DNA of 64,000 bases from Candidatus Parcubacteria bacterium (GCA_019347895.1 JAHWKM010000002.1:8565-72564), one strand, 5' to 3'. Positions 53,421 through 63,224 are shown, counted from the first letter of the stretch. Translations and numbers: made by a program. The notes: generated by a model from the sequence alone, not told the origin.

Positions 53421-53712
53421 GAGAAAAACAAGTTTTTCTCATCTGCTTTTGGTCAGCATTGATAAAACCGATTGGTTTGAATCAGGCTGCTTGGAGTCAC
53501 TTAGGCCAAACCAAGTCCTGTTCGCTCCTTGAGTGAAATAGAACAGGACCGACTGGAAGGAGTCTTTGGCCTAACCAAGTAGTCTGGTATCTCAAGCCAG
53601 TAGTGTTTTATCACCGCTGCGGCATTTTTTGCCTACTTTTTGTTGCTGCAGAGAAAAAGTAGGAATTCGGTTCCTTATTGAAGGAACAAGTTTGGTTCTT
53701 TTATAAAGAACC
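53421..53712 (+). repeat. Family A structured repeat/candidate ncRNA, copy 3 (ends 15 nt before gltX)
   Basis: Junction hairpin GAGAAAAA-CAAG-TTTTTCTC, CAGCATTGATAAAACCGATTG, TAGGCCAAA/TTTGGCCTA (covaries with copies 1 and 2), GTCCTGTTC/GAACAGGAC, GGTTCCTT..AAGGAAC. Confidence 0.65.
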
Positions 53713-53727
53713 TCTAAAATTAATCTG

Positions 53728-55140
53728 ATGAGCAACAAAGTTAGTACACGGTTTGCGCCTAGCCCGACTGGGTTTTTGCATGTCGGGGGGATGCGGACGG
53801 CTTTGTTTGCCTGGCTGGTAGCCCGGCAGGCTGGCGGACAGTTTATTCTGCGCATCGAAGATACTGATCAAAAGAGGGAAGCAGTAGGCGCGGCGCAGCA
53901 CATCATTGATTGCCTGAATTGGCTGGGGCTGGATTTTGATGAAGGACCGATTTACCAAAGCCAGCGGGTCAAGGAGGGTATATATAAAAAATGTGCGCAA
54001 AAACTTATAGATTCAGGCAGGGCATACGCTGATCCGTATACACAGCAAGAAGTCATAGAATTCCGCGCGCAAGCCAAGGCCAACAAACAGCCTTTTTTGT
54101 ACCGGAACCACCGGCCGGATAATCCTCCCGAATGGAACGGTTCCCAGCCTTTAAGGTTTAAATCCGAGTCTAAAGAATATTCAACGGAGGATTTGGTGAT
54201 GGGAAAATTAGCTACAGGCCCGGAAGTAATCGACGACTTTATTTTGATAAAATCAGACGGGTTTCCTACTTATAACTTCGCCCATATAGTCGATGATCTG
54301 GAAATGGCAATAAGCCATGTTATCCGCGGGCAGGAATTTATATCAAGTTTGCCGAATTACCGTAATCTGCATGAAGCCTTAGGAGAAGAGCCGCCCGTGT
54401 TTGCGACAGTACCTCATGTCTTAAATGAGCAGGGTAACAAAAAATTGTCAAAGCGGGACGGCGCCAAGGACATTTTAGACTATCAAAAAGAAGGCTACCT
54501 GCCGGAAGCCATGGTCAATTTTTTAGCTACGCTGGGCTGGAATGACGGAACCGAACAAGAAATTTTTAGCGTAAGCGAACTTATCAAAAAATTTGATTTA
54601 AAAAAAGTTCAAAAGAGCGGGGCGCACTTTGACGAGCATCGGCTAAAATGGATTAACGGCAGCCATATTCGGAATTTGGATATAGAAAAGCTTTATGAAA
54701 AGGTCGAGGGTTATTGGCCAGAACCTGCCAAAAATTATGACCGAGAGTATAAGAAAAGGGTACTGGTATTGGTTCAGGAAAGGTTGAAATATTTTTCCGA
54801 GCTACCGGAGCTGACAAAGTTTCTCTTCGAAGATTTACCGGTAAATCCAGTATTGATTTCCAGCCACAAACAGCTCAAGAAATTCTCTAAAGGGGAGCTA
54901 AAAGCCATGCTTGAACAAGCTAAAAATTCATTGGAGCAAAGTGATTTTACGATTGATGACTTAACTAGCAGGTTGAATGACCTGCTCGAGAAAACCGGCC
55001 AAAAGCCTGCCGTTTTATTTAGTTTAATCCGCATTGCCACTACCCAGTCACCGGCCAGCCCCGCTCTGGCTGAATCCATGTCGGTTTTAGGCAAAGACCT
55101 AAGCTTAAAAAGAATAAACCGGCAGATAAAAGCATTGTAA
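53728..55140 (+). CDS. gltX: Glutamyl-tRNA synthetase
   Basis: RFAPSPTGFLHVGG (HIGH region), KLSKRDG (KMSKS region). 470 aa. Confidence 0.95.
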   Translation: MSNKVSTRFAPSPTGFLHVGGMRTALFAWLVARQAGGQFILRIEDTDQKREAVGAAQHIIDCLNWLGLDFDEGPIYQSQRVKEGIYKKCAQKLIDSGRAYADPYTQQEVIEFRAQAKANKQPFLYRNHRPDNPPEWNGSQPLRFKSESKEYSTEDLVMGKLATGPEVIDDFILIKSDGFPTYNFAHIVDDLEMAISHVIRGQEFISSLPNYRNLHEALGEEPPVFATVPHVLNEQGNKKLSKRDGAKDILDYQKEGYLPEAMVNFLATLGWNDGTEQEIFSVSELIKKFDLKKVQKSGAHFDEHRLKWINGSHIRNLDIEKLYEKVEGYWPEPAKNYDREYKKRVLVLVQERLKYFSELPELTKFLFEDLPVNPVLISSHKQLKKFSKGELKAMLEQAKNSLEQSDFTIDDLTSRLNDLLEKTGQKPAVLFSLIRIATTQSPASPALAESMSVLGKDLSLKRINRQIKAL

Positions 55141-55185
55141 ACTTATGATTGTTAACTCAAAGTGTTTTAGGTTATAATTTTAACG

Positions 55186-56475
55186 ATGATAGATGACATA
55201 CGTCCCAGATCTGAAGGGGATAAATATAAAGATAACCCTAACCAAAAAACAACGGAGAATTCATCCGGCCCGTATAAGGAACCTTACCAGCGGCCAGTTG
55301 AAACTCCGCCTGCCAGTGAAGTTAATTCGCTGCCAGAAAATAGCCAGGGGTTTATTGGTGTACCCTCCATTCCGCCGAATAATGAACAAAATACCGCCAG
55401 CAAGCGCAAGTTCATGAGCCGCGGTTTGAAGTTGTGGCCCAGCAGCAAGCAACACAAGATGCTAGGCAGCGTCATCGGGGTATTTATCATAATATTTGGC
55501 AGCGGTGGCCTGTACGCGCTTAATAAGTATCTCTCCAGGCCTGCGGCTGATCCGGTAGCTGCGGGGTTTCAAAAAAGACCGCCAAAAACTACCGAACCGT
55601 CAAAACTAACGGGAGTTGAAGTACCCATAGGCACAAATAAGCGTCCAATCGTATCAATTCAAATGGAAAACAGTCCGGATGCCCGGCCGCAAGCCGGCCT
55701 GATAGATGCCGGCGTAGTTTACGAGGCGATTGCCGAAGGCGGCATAACCCGGTTTAATGCGAACTACCTCGAAGGAAGACCAGGCTATATTGGACCGATT
55801 AGGTCCGTCAGGCCATACTACGCGGCCCTAGCGGCTCCGTTTGACCCGATTTTTGTCCATGCCGGCGGCAGCGGTGCAGGTTTGGATAAAATAAGACATT
55901 TAAAATTAATGGATTTTGACCACAGCCCCAATGCCGGCGCGTTCCAAAGAGTCCGCGACCGCTACGCTCCTCACAACCTCTACAGTTCCATGAAAGCTAT
56001 AACTGACCGAAGCAAGCAAAGAGGCTACAAAACCAGCAACACCAAAAGTTTTGTCCGTAAGAAAAAAGAAACACCCGCCAAGAACATAAAAGCCAAGTCA
56101 ATCGATATTAATATTTCCAGCCCGCTGTATAACGTGCATTATGATTACAATAAAAAGTCAAACAGCTATAACCGCGTAATGGGCGGCAAACCGCACAATG
56201 ACCATAAAAGCGGCAAGCGCATCTCACCTAAAGTAGTCATAGCTTTATCAATGAAGTATTCAAAGCAGGGAATTTATTCAGTTTATAAATACACAGGCAG
56301 CGGAGAAATGTTCGTATTCCAAGACGGGACTGTCACCAAAGGCACCTGGAAGAAGAAAAGCGACAAAGAACAATTTGTATTCATCGGCCCTGATAAAAAA
56401 CCGTTGGAGCTAACACCCGGCCAAACCTGGATAACGTTAGTTGATAGGCCGGGCGCCGTGAAGTACGCGCCCTAG
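55186..56475 (+). CDS. DUF3048-domain (YerB-like) secreted/membrane-anchored protein
   Basis: TM helix, then ENSPDARPQAGLIDAGVVYEAIAEGGITRF...IRSVRPYY, typical of DUF3048. Confidence 0.65.
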   Translation: MIDDIRPRSEGDKYKDNPNQKTTENSSGPYKEPYQRPVETPPASEVNSLPENSQGFIGVPSIPPNNEQNTASKRKFMSRGLKLWPSSKQHKMLGSVIGVFIIIFGSGGLYALNKYLSRPAADPVAAGFQKRPPKTTEPSKLTGVEVPIGTNKRPIVSIQMENSPDARPQAGLIDAGVVYEAIAEGGITRFNANYLEGRPGYIGPIRSVRPYYAALAAPFDPIFVHAGGSGAGLDKIRHLKLMDFDHSPNAGAFQRVRDRYAPHNLYSSMKAITDRSKQRGYKTSNTKSFVRKKKETPAKNIKAKSIDINISSPLYNVHYDYNKKSNSYNRVMGGKPHNDHKSGKRISPKVVIALSMKYSKQGIYSVYKYTGSGEMFVFQDGTVTKGTWKKKSDKEQFVFIGPDKKPLELTPGQTWITLVDRPGAVKYAP

Positions 56476-56563
56476 GCAATGAAAGGCAAGAGGGTGGGTA
56501 CCGTTAGAACTTTTCAAAAATCAAGCACAAAAATTAACCTTGCAGATAAGGAATCCTGACGAA

Positions 56564-58096
56564 ATGGTAGAACCGGGATATTTAGAAAAAGCCCTCAAAT
56601 CAATCCGGACTTATATACTAAGTTGGTTTCTCGTTAGCGGATTGTTTTTGGTGGGCGTTTACTTTATTTTGCAATATTTCTTTGTACTTCAGCCATTGGC
56701 CGTAGCCGGAATTCTGGCAGCAGTATGGATTGTGCCGGGAGCTACAATCGGAGCTATCGTGGCTAAGGAAGTGAGCCGGCCCCTGGAAGCGCTGTCGCAG
56801 GCGATTTTGCACGTATCGCCGTCGCCAATTCCTATACCGGCACCCGACTTCGAAAAACTAACTTTGGCTAAAGAGCTAATCGAGACCTTGAGTCGGCAAG
56901 TTTATGATTACGCCTCTAAAAGCGGCGGGCTGGAACCAGCCAGCCGAAGCGCTGCCGAAATAAACATTCAGCAATTGCCTGTAGGCGTCCTCGGTGTAGA
57001 TACAGATGGGAATATTATCTTCGCCAATCAAAAGGCCCGGGAATACGCCAATGCGTCGATCGAAATAATAGGTAAGAATCTATACAGTTTGTTTGATATC
57101 TTATTCCGCGGCCAGACTCTGCAGGATTGGTTAAGAGAGTGCGAGAATAACGCCGTGACTGCCCAAAAAGTCTGGCGGGGCATAAGATTTAACCCTTACG
57201 GCGAGCATATACAATATTTTGACATGGCCGTGCATTTCAGCAAGTCATCCGTCGCGGGCCAAAGCCAAGCTATTATCGCGCTATTTGACCAAAACGAGGT
57301 TTATGGAGCCGAGGAAAAAGGCCTGAGCTTTATAGCGCTGGCCGTTCATGAGCTGCGAACGCCGCTGACCATACTTCGGGGCTATATAGAAGTGTTTGAA
57401 GATGAAGTCAAGGACGGTTCACTTAGGCCAGAGTTAGCGGAGGACGTTAAAAAAATGCAAGTGTCATCCGAGAATTTAACGGCTTTTGTTAACAATATTT
57501 TGAACGTTGCCAAAATAGAAGAAAACCAGCTGACCTTAAAGCTTCATCAAGAAAATTGGCCGGAAACATTAAGTAAAATTATTGAAAATTTACGCTTGCG
57601 GGGCGAAGTCCACGGCAAAAAAATCGAACTGAATGTCGAGGCGAATTTGCCGCCCGTCGGTGTTGATACCATAAGTATAGCTGAAGTTATAACCAACCTG
57701 GTAGACAACGCCATAAAGTACAGCCCGCCGGACAAGACGCTTATAAAGGTCAGCAGCCATTTAACGAAGGACGGCTTAGTAGAAACCGTGGTGCAAGATT
57801 TTGGCGTCGGTGTTCCAACCCAAGTCATGCCGCACCTGTTTGAGAAATTCTCGCGCAACTACCGCAACAAAAACAATATTATCGGCAGCGGTTTGGGCCT
57901 CTATCTTAGCAAAGCGCTGGTCAATGCCCACGGCGGCAACATCTGGGTACGATCACAGGAGGGCCAGGGTAGCGAGTTCGGTTTCACGATTATACCTTTT
58001 GCTCAGTTAAGCGAAGAAGAAAAGAACGGCGTCAACAAGGAAATAACCCGCAGCGCCCATGGCTGGATTAAAAACCACAGTTTATCAAGGAGATAG
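56564..58096 (+). CDS. Sensor histidine kinase (2 TM, PAS-like, HisKA, HATPase_c)
   Basis: H box LAVHELRTPLT, N box VDNAIKYS, G boxes QDFGVGV and GSGLGL. Confidence 0.85.
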   Translation: MVEPGYLEKALKSIRTYILSWFLVSGLFLVGVYFILQYFFVLQPLAVAGILAAVWIVPGATIGAIVAKEVSRPLEALSQAILHVSPSPIPIPAPDFEKLTLAKELIETLSRQVYDYASKSGGLEPASRSAAEINIQQLPVGVLGVDTDGNIIFANQKAREYANASIEIIGKNLYSLFDILFRGQTLQDWLRECENNAVTAQKVWRGIRFNPYGEHIQYFDMAVHFSKSSVAGQSQAIIALFDQNEVYGAEEKGLSFIALAVHELRTPLTILRGYIEVFEDEVKDGSLRPELAEDVKKMQVSSENLTAFVNNILNVAKIEENQLTLKLHQENWPETLSKIIENLRLRGEVHGKKIELNVEANLPPVGVDTISIAEVITNLVDNAIKYSPPDKTLIKVSSHLTKDGLVETVVQDFGVGVPTQVMPHLFEKFSRNYRNKNNIIGSGLGLYLSKALVNAHGGNIWVRSQEGQGSEFGFTIIPFAQLSEEEKNGVNKEITRSAHGWIKNHSLSRR

Positions 58097-58119
58097 AGTA
58101 GAATGGATATTATGGTTAC

Positions 58120-58189
58120 AAGCTACGCCAAGAACTCATTGCAAGGTCTGGCTTTGCCCGGCTTGGAAAGGCGTGGCGCGTAGTTTGTA
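58120..58189 (+). repeat. Family C leader, copy 3 (3' portion only; ends at the receiver-gene ATG)
   Basis: GCCAAGAACTCATTGCAAGGTCTGGCTTTGCCCGGCTTGGAAAGGCGTGGCGCGTAGTTTGTA aligns with 2047-2106 and with the reverse strand of 63882-63945. Confidence 0.6.
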
Positions 58190-58579
58190 ATGACGCAAAT
58201 ATCTGCTGATCCTATCAAAGTTTTATGCGTCGAAGACGAACAGTTTATCAGCGAGCTTTATAAGCGCGCCCTGGAGCGCGAAGGCTACCAAACCACTATA
58301 ATCAGCGACGGGATTGAGGGCTTAGAGCAGGCTAAAACAAACCGCTATGACGTAATTCTGCTCGATATTATGGTGCCGGGACTTTTAGGAGTAGATGTCC
58401 TCGACAAACTCAGAAAAGAGGCGCCGAATTTAAAAGCCAAGATTATTATTACCACTAACCTGGAACAGGACGACAAAGCCCGCCAAGCCATAGAATCCCT
58501 AGCCGACGCCTACCTTATCAAGGCCGAGATCACCCCCAGGCAACTAGTAGAATTCCTAGACCACCTAGACCTGAAATAA
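58190..58579 (+). CDS. Stand-alone response-regulator receiver (CheY-like)
   Basis: 129 aa. VEDE acidic pocket, phospho-acceptor context ILLDIMVPG, T and K motifs (IIITT, LIKA). Confidence 0.85.
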   Translation: MTQISADPIKVLCVEDEQFISELYKRALEREGYQTTIISDGIEGLEQAKTNRYDVILLDIMVPGLLGVDVLDKLRKEAPNLKAKIIITTNLEQDDKARQAIESLADAYLIKAEITPRQLVEFLDHLDLK

Positions 58580-58840
58580 CTAATAAATTCTTCTGATGAA
58601 GAACCAAGCTATCAAATATTAGAATTCGAAATGTCTTTTTCTTAAGGTAAAATCAATTATAATAAAAGTAGTCAGCATACACACTATGGCAAAAGCCAAA
58701 AGCGTCCCTGCCAGACTTATCTAAACAACATTTAGTTTCCTGTCATGGAAAAGCAGACTGAACGGCTGCGAAAACCTATCAGGCAACTACTAAACCAAAT
58801 TCCGTTCTTGTAAGTAAACCCTAATTGGAGTTGTTTAGAT

Positions 58841-59116
58841 ATGAGTTTTGTCGAAATTGATCAACGAGTAGAAGTAGTAACCATCTTTAAATCCCAGGGC
58901 GACCCGGCTACCTTGATATTTCCTTTCAAAATGCGCTGGGGCAAAAAAGAAATCACATTTTCGGAGCTGGGCCTGCGCCATCCGACCGCCAAAGGACAGC
59001 GCATGGTCCATGTGTTCGATATGAGCGATGGGATAAATGATTATCGCCTGGAATTCGACGCGGAAATGCTCACCTGGACCCTCACGGCGATTTTATCTGG
59101 AGATGCAAAATTGTGA
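58841..59116 (+). CDS. Hypothetical protein (91 aa), translationally coupled to the Y-family polymerase
   Basis: GGAG before the ATG. Its stop overlaps the polymerase GTG start (GTGA at 59113-59116). Confidence 0.5.
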   Translation: MSFVEIDQRVEVVTIFKSQGDPATLIFPFKMRWGKKEITFSELGLRHPTAKGQRMVHVFDMSDGINDYRLEFDAEMLTWTLTAILSGDAKL

Positions 59117-60450
59117 AACACTATCATTTTCCTCACGATCGTGAAAAAAGTGATAGTAAACTTGGCAATAGTTTAGCGGAGCAAGCAAGGTGGGGAGAAT
59201 TGCCGCTCAACAAAGAAGAGCCATTAATTATGCACATTGATTTGAATTCGGCCTTTGCCACTATTGAGCAGCAAGCCAGGCCGAGTTTACGGGGAAAGCC
59301 TATCGGTGTAACTAATCGAATTTCCAAAAACTGCTGTGTGATCGCCGCGTCATATGAAGCTAAAGCACTAGGAATAAAAGTCGGCATGGGCCTAATGGAA
59401 GCTCGCTTAATCGCGCCGGATTTGATTATGCTGGAGTCTGACCCTCCTAAATACCATTTTGTTTATCAAAAGCTTTGCTCGATTATGAAAAGCTATTCGC
59501 CGGACGTAAAGATGAAAAGCATCGATGAAGGGGTGATTGATTTTCATGGCACGCGCACAAATATCAATAAGCACCCATTGGAAGACATTGGCATGGAAAT
59601 TAAGCAACGGTTGAAATGCGAAGTAGGCAAGTGGATGAAAATAAACATCGGTATCGGCCCCAATAGATTTTTAGCTAAAACCGCCGCCAGCTTGCACAAG
59701 CCGGACGGGCTGGATCAGATCGACCATAAAAACCTGAAAGAAATTTATAGCTCGCTGAAGCTGACCGATCTGACAGGAATTGCCCGCCATTATGAGGCCC
59801 GATTGAATGCCGCCGGGATTTTCTCGCCGCTGGAATTTTTAAACGCCAGCTCGGATACCTTGCGACGTCAGGTTTTTCACAGCGTAGTCGGCGATGATTG
59901 GTATCAGCGGCTGCGCGGCTGGGAAGTAGACGGCCAAAAAACAAGGCTGGGGCAAGTCGGCCGGCAATTTGTGTTGGACCAGCGCACTAATGAGAATTCG
60001 GTAATTTTGCCGCGGTTTCATTACCTGTGTGAAACCGTCGGCCGGAAACTGCGCTATCAAAATGCAGACGCCCGCGGGATTTTAGTCTGGCTAGTGTTAG
60101 AGGGCGGGGAATACTGGCAGCAGCGCAAAATGTATAGAACCAGTTTTTATACCGATAGGGAAGTTTACGTCCGGGCATTGTACCTTTTTAACCAGCGGCC
60201 TAGGGCGAAAGTAACTACCATAGGTGTAACTTGCTACCAGATAACACCGACGCGCAGATCCCAAGCCAGTTTATTTGAGGAAAATAACAGACAAGAATGG
60301 CTAACCGAAGCCGTCGATGAAATCAACGAACGCTACGATCTTTTTATGATCCACTCGCTAAATTCACTAGCAGGCAAGCGTATAGTCCGGCAAAAAATCC
60401 CCGCCTTCGGCGGCAGCAGCTACTTCGACCTTCTTCTCAAACGCGCCTAA
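59113..60450 (+). CDS. Y-family (DinB/UmuC-like) translesion DNA polymerase
   Basis: MHIDLNSAFATIEQ (catalytic Asp), SIDEGVID (Asp-Glu pair), GIGPNRFLAKTAA (HhH/thumb). Confidence 0.8.
   Translation: MKHYHFPHDREKSDSKLGNSLAEQARWGELPLNKEEPLIMHIDLNSAFATIEQQARPSLRGKPIGVTNRISKNCCVIAASYEAKALGIKVGMGLMEARLIAPDLIMLESDPPKYHFVYQKLCSIMKSYSPDVKMKSIDEGVIDFHGTRTNINKHPLEDIGMEIKQRLKCEVGKWMKINIGIGPNRFLAKTAASLHKPDGLDQIDHKNLKEIYSSLKLTDLTGIARHYEARLNAAGIFSPLEFLNASSDTLRRQVFHSVVGDDWYQRLRGWEVDGQKTRLGQVGRQFVLDQRTNENSVILPRFHYLCETVGRKLRYQNADARGILVWLVLEGGEYWQQRKMYRTSFYTDREVYVRALYLFNQRPRAKVTTIGVTCYQITPTRRSQASLFEENNRQEWLTEAVDEINERYDLFMIHSLNSLAGKRIVRQKIPAFGGSSYFDLLLKRA
60393..60450 (+). repeat. 58-nt direct repeat, copy 1 (the 3' end of the polymerase gene, including its stop)
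   Basis: AAAAATCCCCGCCTTCGG...CTCAAACGCGCCTAA. About 6 mismatches against 60713-60770 by hand alignment. Confidence 0.85.
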
Positions 60451-60686
60451 TAATCCAGTTTAACGCCAGTTTTTTGAGCAATCTTTTGAATCCAATCTTC
60501 CATACGATCAACCTTTCGGGCAAGCATCATATGCTCCTGCGTGATATCCAATAGTTGTTTGGCAAAAGAATCAAGAGTAGCTTGGGTTTCAAGATGAAGC
60601 CGTTTAACTTCGCCTATCTCTGATCGAACAGCCTTGAATTCTTCTTGTAAATATTTGAAAAGCTTTGTAAATTGATCTTCGCTCAT
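60447..60686 (-). CDS. Hypothetical coiled-coil protein (79 aa)
   Basis: ORF filling the segment between the two 58-nt direct repeats. No SD. Confidence 0.4.
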   Translation of the reverse strand: MSEDQFTKLFKYLQEEFKAVRSEIGEVKRLHLETQATLDSFAKQLLDITQEHMMLARKVDRMEDWIQKIAQKTGVKLDY

Positions 60687-60712
60687 GGCTTATTATTTTA
60701 GCATAGTCAGAT

Positions 60713-60770
60713 AAAAATCCCCGCCTTCGGGGACAACAGCTACTTCGTCCTCCTCCTCAAACGCGCCTAA
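60713..60770 (+). repeat. 58-nt direct repeat, copy 2 (orphan copy of the polymerase 3' end)
   Basis: See 60393-60450. Confidence 0.85.
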
Positions 60771-60779
60771 AACAATGGT

Positions 60780-61088
60780 CTATTGATTAACAGGATTTAT
60801 AACTGTCTCAGTAGCAATAGCTAGCCTAGCTAGTTCTTCGGCGTCTTCAGCCTCTACCTGAATAAGTTCCCCGCCAGTTAAAACAGTATCCACGACTTCA
60901 TTAGCTAATATGTCCAAGACCCTTTGATCGTCACCTTCTTCTCTAAAATTTGGTTGAATTTGCCTATGAGCACCTCTCATCCAATCCTGAGCCTGAAAAG
61001 TCGGATATGTTTTAACTCTTTCAGCACCCAACTCTCCAGTAAGTCTATTTGCTGTACCAGCCTCAGCCGTAAAATAAAATGGTGGCAT
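60780..61088 (-). CDS. Hypothetical protein (102 aa)
   Basis: AGGAG SD upstream of the ATG at 61088. No recognisable motif. Confidence 0.5.
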   Translation of the reverse strand: MPPFYFTAEAGTANRLTGELGAERVKTYPTFQAQDWMRGAHRQIQPNFREEGDDQRVLDILANEVVDTVLTGGELIQVEAEDAEELARLAIATETVINPVNQ

Positions 61089-61142
61089 TAATTTCTCCTA
61101 TTAATAAAGCTATTTTAGTATAAAGTAAGAATTATACAATAT

Positions 61143-63176
61143 TTAAACAATCTTTTGGATTTTTTTGGCAATGTTTTCGGCGGTGAAGCCGAACTGCTGG
61201 TCTAGTTTTTGGTAGGGGGCGGAGAAACCGAAGTGTTCCAGGCTGTGGATTCTGTTGATATCACCGACTAGGCCTAGCAGGTTGACTGCCAGGCCGGCCG
61301 TTACACCGTAGCGGGGAACATCCTTGAGCAATATTGAATCTTGGTAAGCCTTTGGTTGCTGGCGGAAAAGTCCTTCGCTGGGAACGGAAACCAATCTTAT
61401 ATTCTTTTTTGGCAAAAGCTTAATAGCTTCCAAGGCCGTGCCGACTTCGCTGCCGTTGGCTACTACTATTAACTCTGGCCACTGGCCAGCGGATTTCTTT
61501 GGCTCATGCACAATATAGGCGCCTTTGGCCGCGTTTGAAGCCAGGGCAAAATCACTCACATCTGCAACATTTTGACGGGTCAAAATCAGACCGGTCGGCG
61601 TGTCAGTATTTTCAATCGCTAATTGCCAAGCGACAGTCGTCTCAGCGGCGTCAGCAGGCCGCAGGACTAGCATGCCAGGCTTACCGGAGTGGTTATGCAG
61701 TTTTTCCAGCAAACGAAGCTGGGCTTCCTGCTCGACTGGCTGATGAGTCGGTCCATCCTCGCCGACGCGGAAAGCGTCGTGCGTCCAGAGGAATTTAACC
61801 GGTGTTTGCATTAAAGCAGCCAAGCGCAAAGCCGGTTTCATGTAGTCTGAGAAGGCAAAAAACGTGCCGCAAACAGGTATCACACCGCCGTGCAAACTTA
61901 TGCCAACAGACAACGCTGCCATAGTGAACTCGCTGACGCCAACATGCAAAAACCCACCGGAAAAATCATCAGCGACTATCGGCTTGGACTTTTTCAAAAA
62001 TCCGTCAGTTTTGTCGCTGTTAGCCAGGTCAGCACTCATGACTATCATATTACCGACTTCCTCCGCAAAATGGCCTAAAACATGCGAGCTACTGGCCCGA
62101 GTGGCTTGGTCTGGCTTTTGCTCTTTGGCAATTTTTGCCCAGTCAAGTTTTGGCGGCTGGCCGGAAAGATAGTAATCCATTTTTTGGGCTAATTCTGGAT
62201 TTCTAGACCGCCATTCTGTCTCAGCGGCCTTGCGCTTTCTCACAGCTTGCCGCTTGTTCTCAGCAGCTGCTTCATATTCTTTTTGCACTGACTTTGGAAT
62301 AACAAACGGGTTTGCTACGTCGCCGCCCAAACTTTTAATTGTCTTTTCATAGGAACCGCCGGCGCCGGTTATCGGCTGGCCGTGCATACTGACTTGATGC
62401 TCAAAAGCTTTGCCGGATTCATCCAGAGCACCTTTGCCCATAGTAGTGTCACCGATTATTAGGGTGGGGCGCTTCTTTTCCGCCTTGGCTTTAGTTAAAG
62501 CCTCGCGGATTTGCTTTTGATCGTTGCCGTTAATAGTAATGACATTCCAATTCCAGGCCTGGTATTTTTTTGCCGTGTCTTCAGTAGTGGCGTCTTTAGT
62601 CATCGTGGAAAGCTGGACATGGTTACTGTCATAAAACATAACTAAGTTAGCAAGCCCCAGCCTGCCAGCGATCCGTCCGGCGCCTTGGCTAATCTCTTCC
62701 TGAATGCCGCCGTCACTGATAAAGCAATAAATTGTATGTTCAGTCCATGAAGCCGAATCGACTTGGCCAAATCGGGCCTGCAAAAACTTAGCGGCAATAG
62801 CCGCGCCAACACCAAAAACGTGGCCTTGTCCCAACGGGCCGGAAGTGTTTTCAATGCCGTGCTCTATGGAAAGTTCAGGGTGCCCTGGAGTTTTTGAGCC
62901 CCACTGCCGAAATTGCTCCAGTTCTTTTAAGGGCATGCGGCCAGTCAGGGCAAGAATGCTGTAGAGCATCGGCGACATGTGCCCGGCGTCCAGGAAAAAT
63001 CTATCCCGCCAAGGCCATTTTGGATCATCCGGATCCTCAATCATGAACTCGCTGTAGAGTACATGTATAAAATCCGCTGCGCCCATCGGACCGCCTGGAT
63101 GGCCGCTGCCAGCTTTTTCTACCATGGCGGCCGAAAGTATCCTTACAACATCAGCAGCTTCGGGCTCAGAGCCCAT
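61143..63176 (-). CDS. tkt: Transketolase
   Basis: 677 aa. SGHPGGPMG, GPLGQG, GDGGIQEG-like and HDAFRVGEDGPTHQPVE motifs. Confidence 0.95.
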   Translation of the reverse strand: MGSEPEAADVVRILSAAMVEKAGSGHPGGPMGAADFIHVLYSEFMIEDPDDPKWPWRDRFFLDAGHMSPMLYSILALTGRMPLKELEQFRQWGSKTPGHPELSIEHGIENTSGPLGQGHVFGVGAAIAAKFLQARFGQVDSASWTEHTIYCFISDGGIQEEISQGAGRIAGRLGLANLVMFYDSNHVQLSTMTKDATTEDTAKKYQAWNWNVITINGNDQKQIREALTKAKAEKKRPTLIIGDTTMGKGALDESGKAFEHQVSMHGQPITGAGGSYEKTIKSLGGDVANPFVIPKSVQKEYEAAAENKRQAVRKRKAAETEWRSRNPELAQKMDYYLSGQPPKLDWAKIAKEQKPDQATRASSSHVLGHFAEEVGNMIVMSADLANSDKTDGFLKKSKPIVADDFSGGFLHVGVSEFTMAALSVGISLHGGVIPVCGTFFAFSDYMKPALRLAALMQTPVKFLWTHDAFRVGEDGPTHQPVEQEAQLRLLEKLHNHSGKPGMLVLRPADAAETTVAWQLAIENTDTPTGLILTRQNVADVSDFALASNAAKGAYIVHEPKKSAGQWPELIVVANGSEVGTALEAIKLLPKKNIRLVSVPSEGLFRQQPKAYQDSILLKDVPRYGVTAGLAVNLLGLVGDINRIHSLEHFGFSAPYQKLDQQFGFTAENIAKKIQKIV

Positions 63177-63224
63177 TTCAAGAGCCCTTTCTATATAGAA
63201 AGAGGTTTTTGAGATGGACTTTCA

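Noticed and set aside
53421-53727. T-box riboswitch upstream of gltX (family A copy 3 has a conserved TGGTAT reminiscent of the T-box UGGN).
   Set aside because: There is no AGAGA/GA-motif Stem I, specifier loop or the GGGUGGUACCGCG T-box sequence with its terminator/antiterminator. The other two copies are not upstream of aminoacyl-tRNA synthetase genes.
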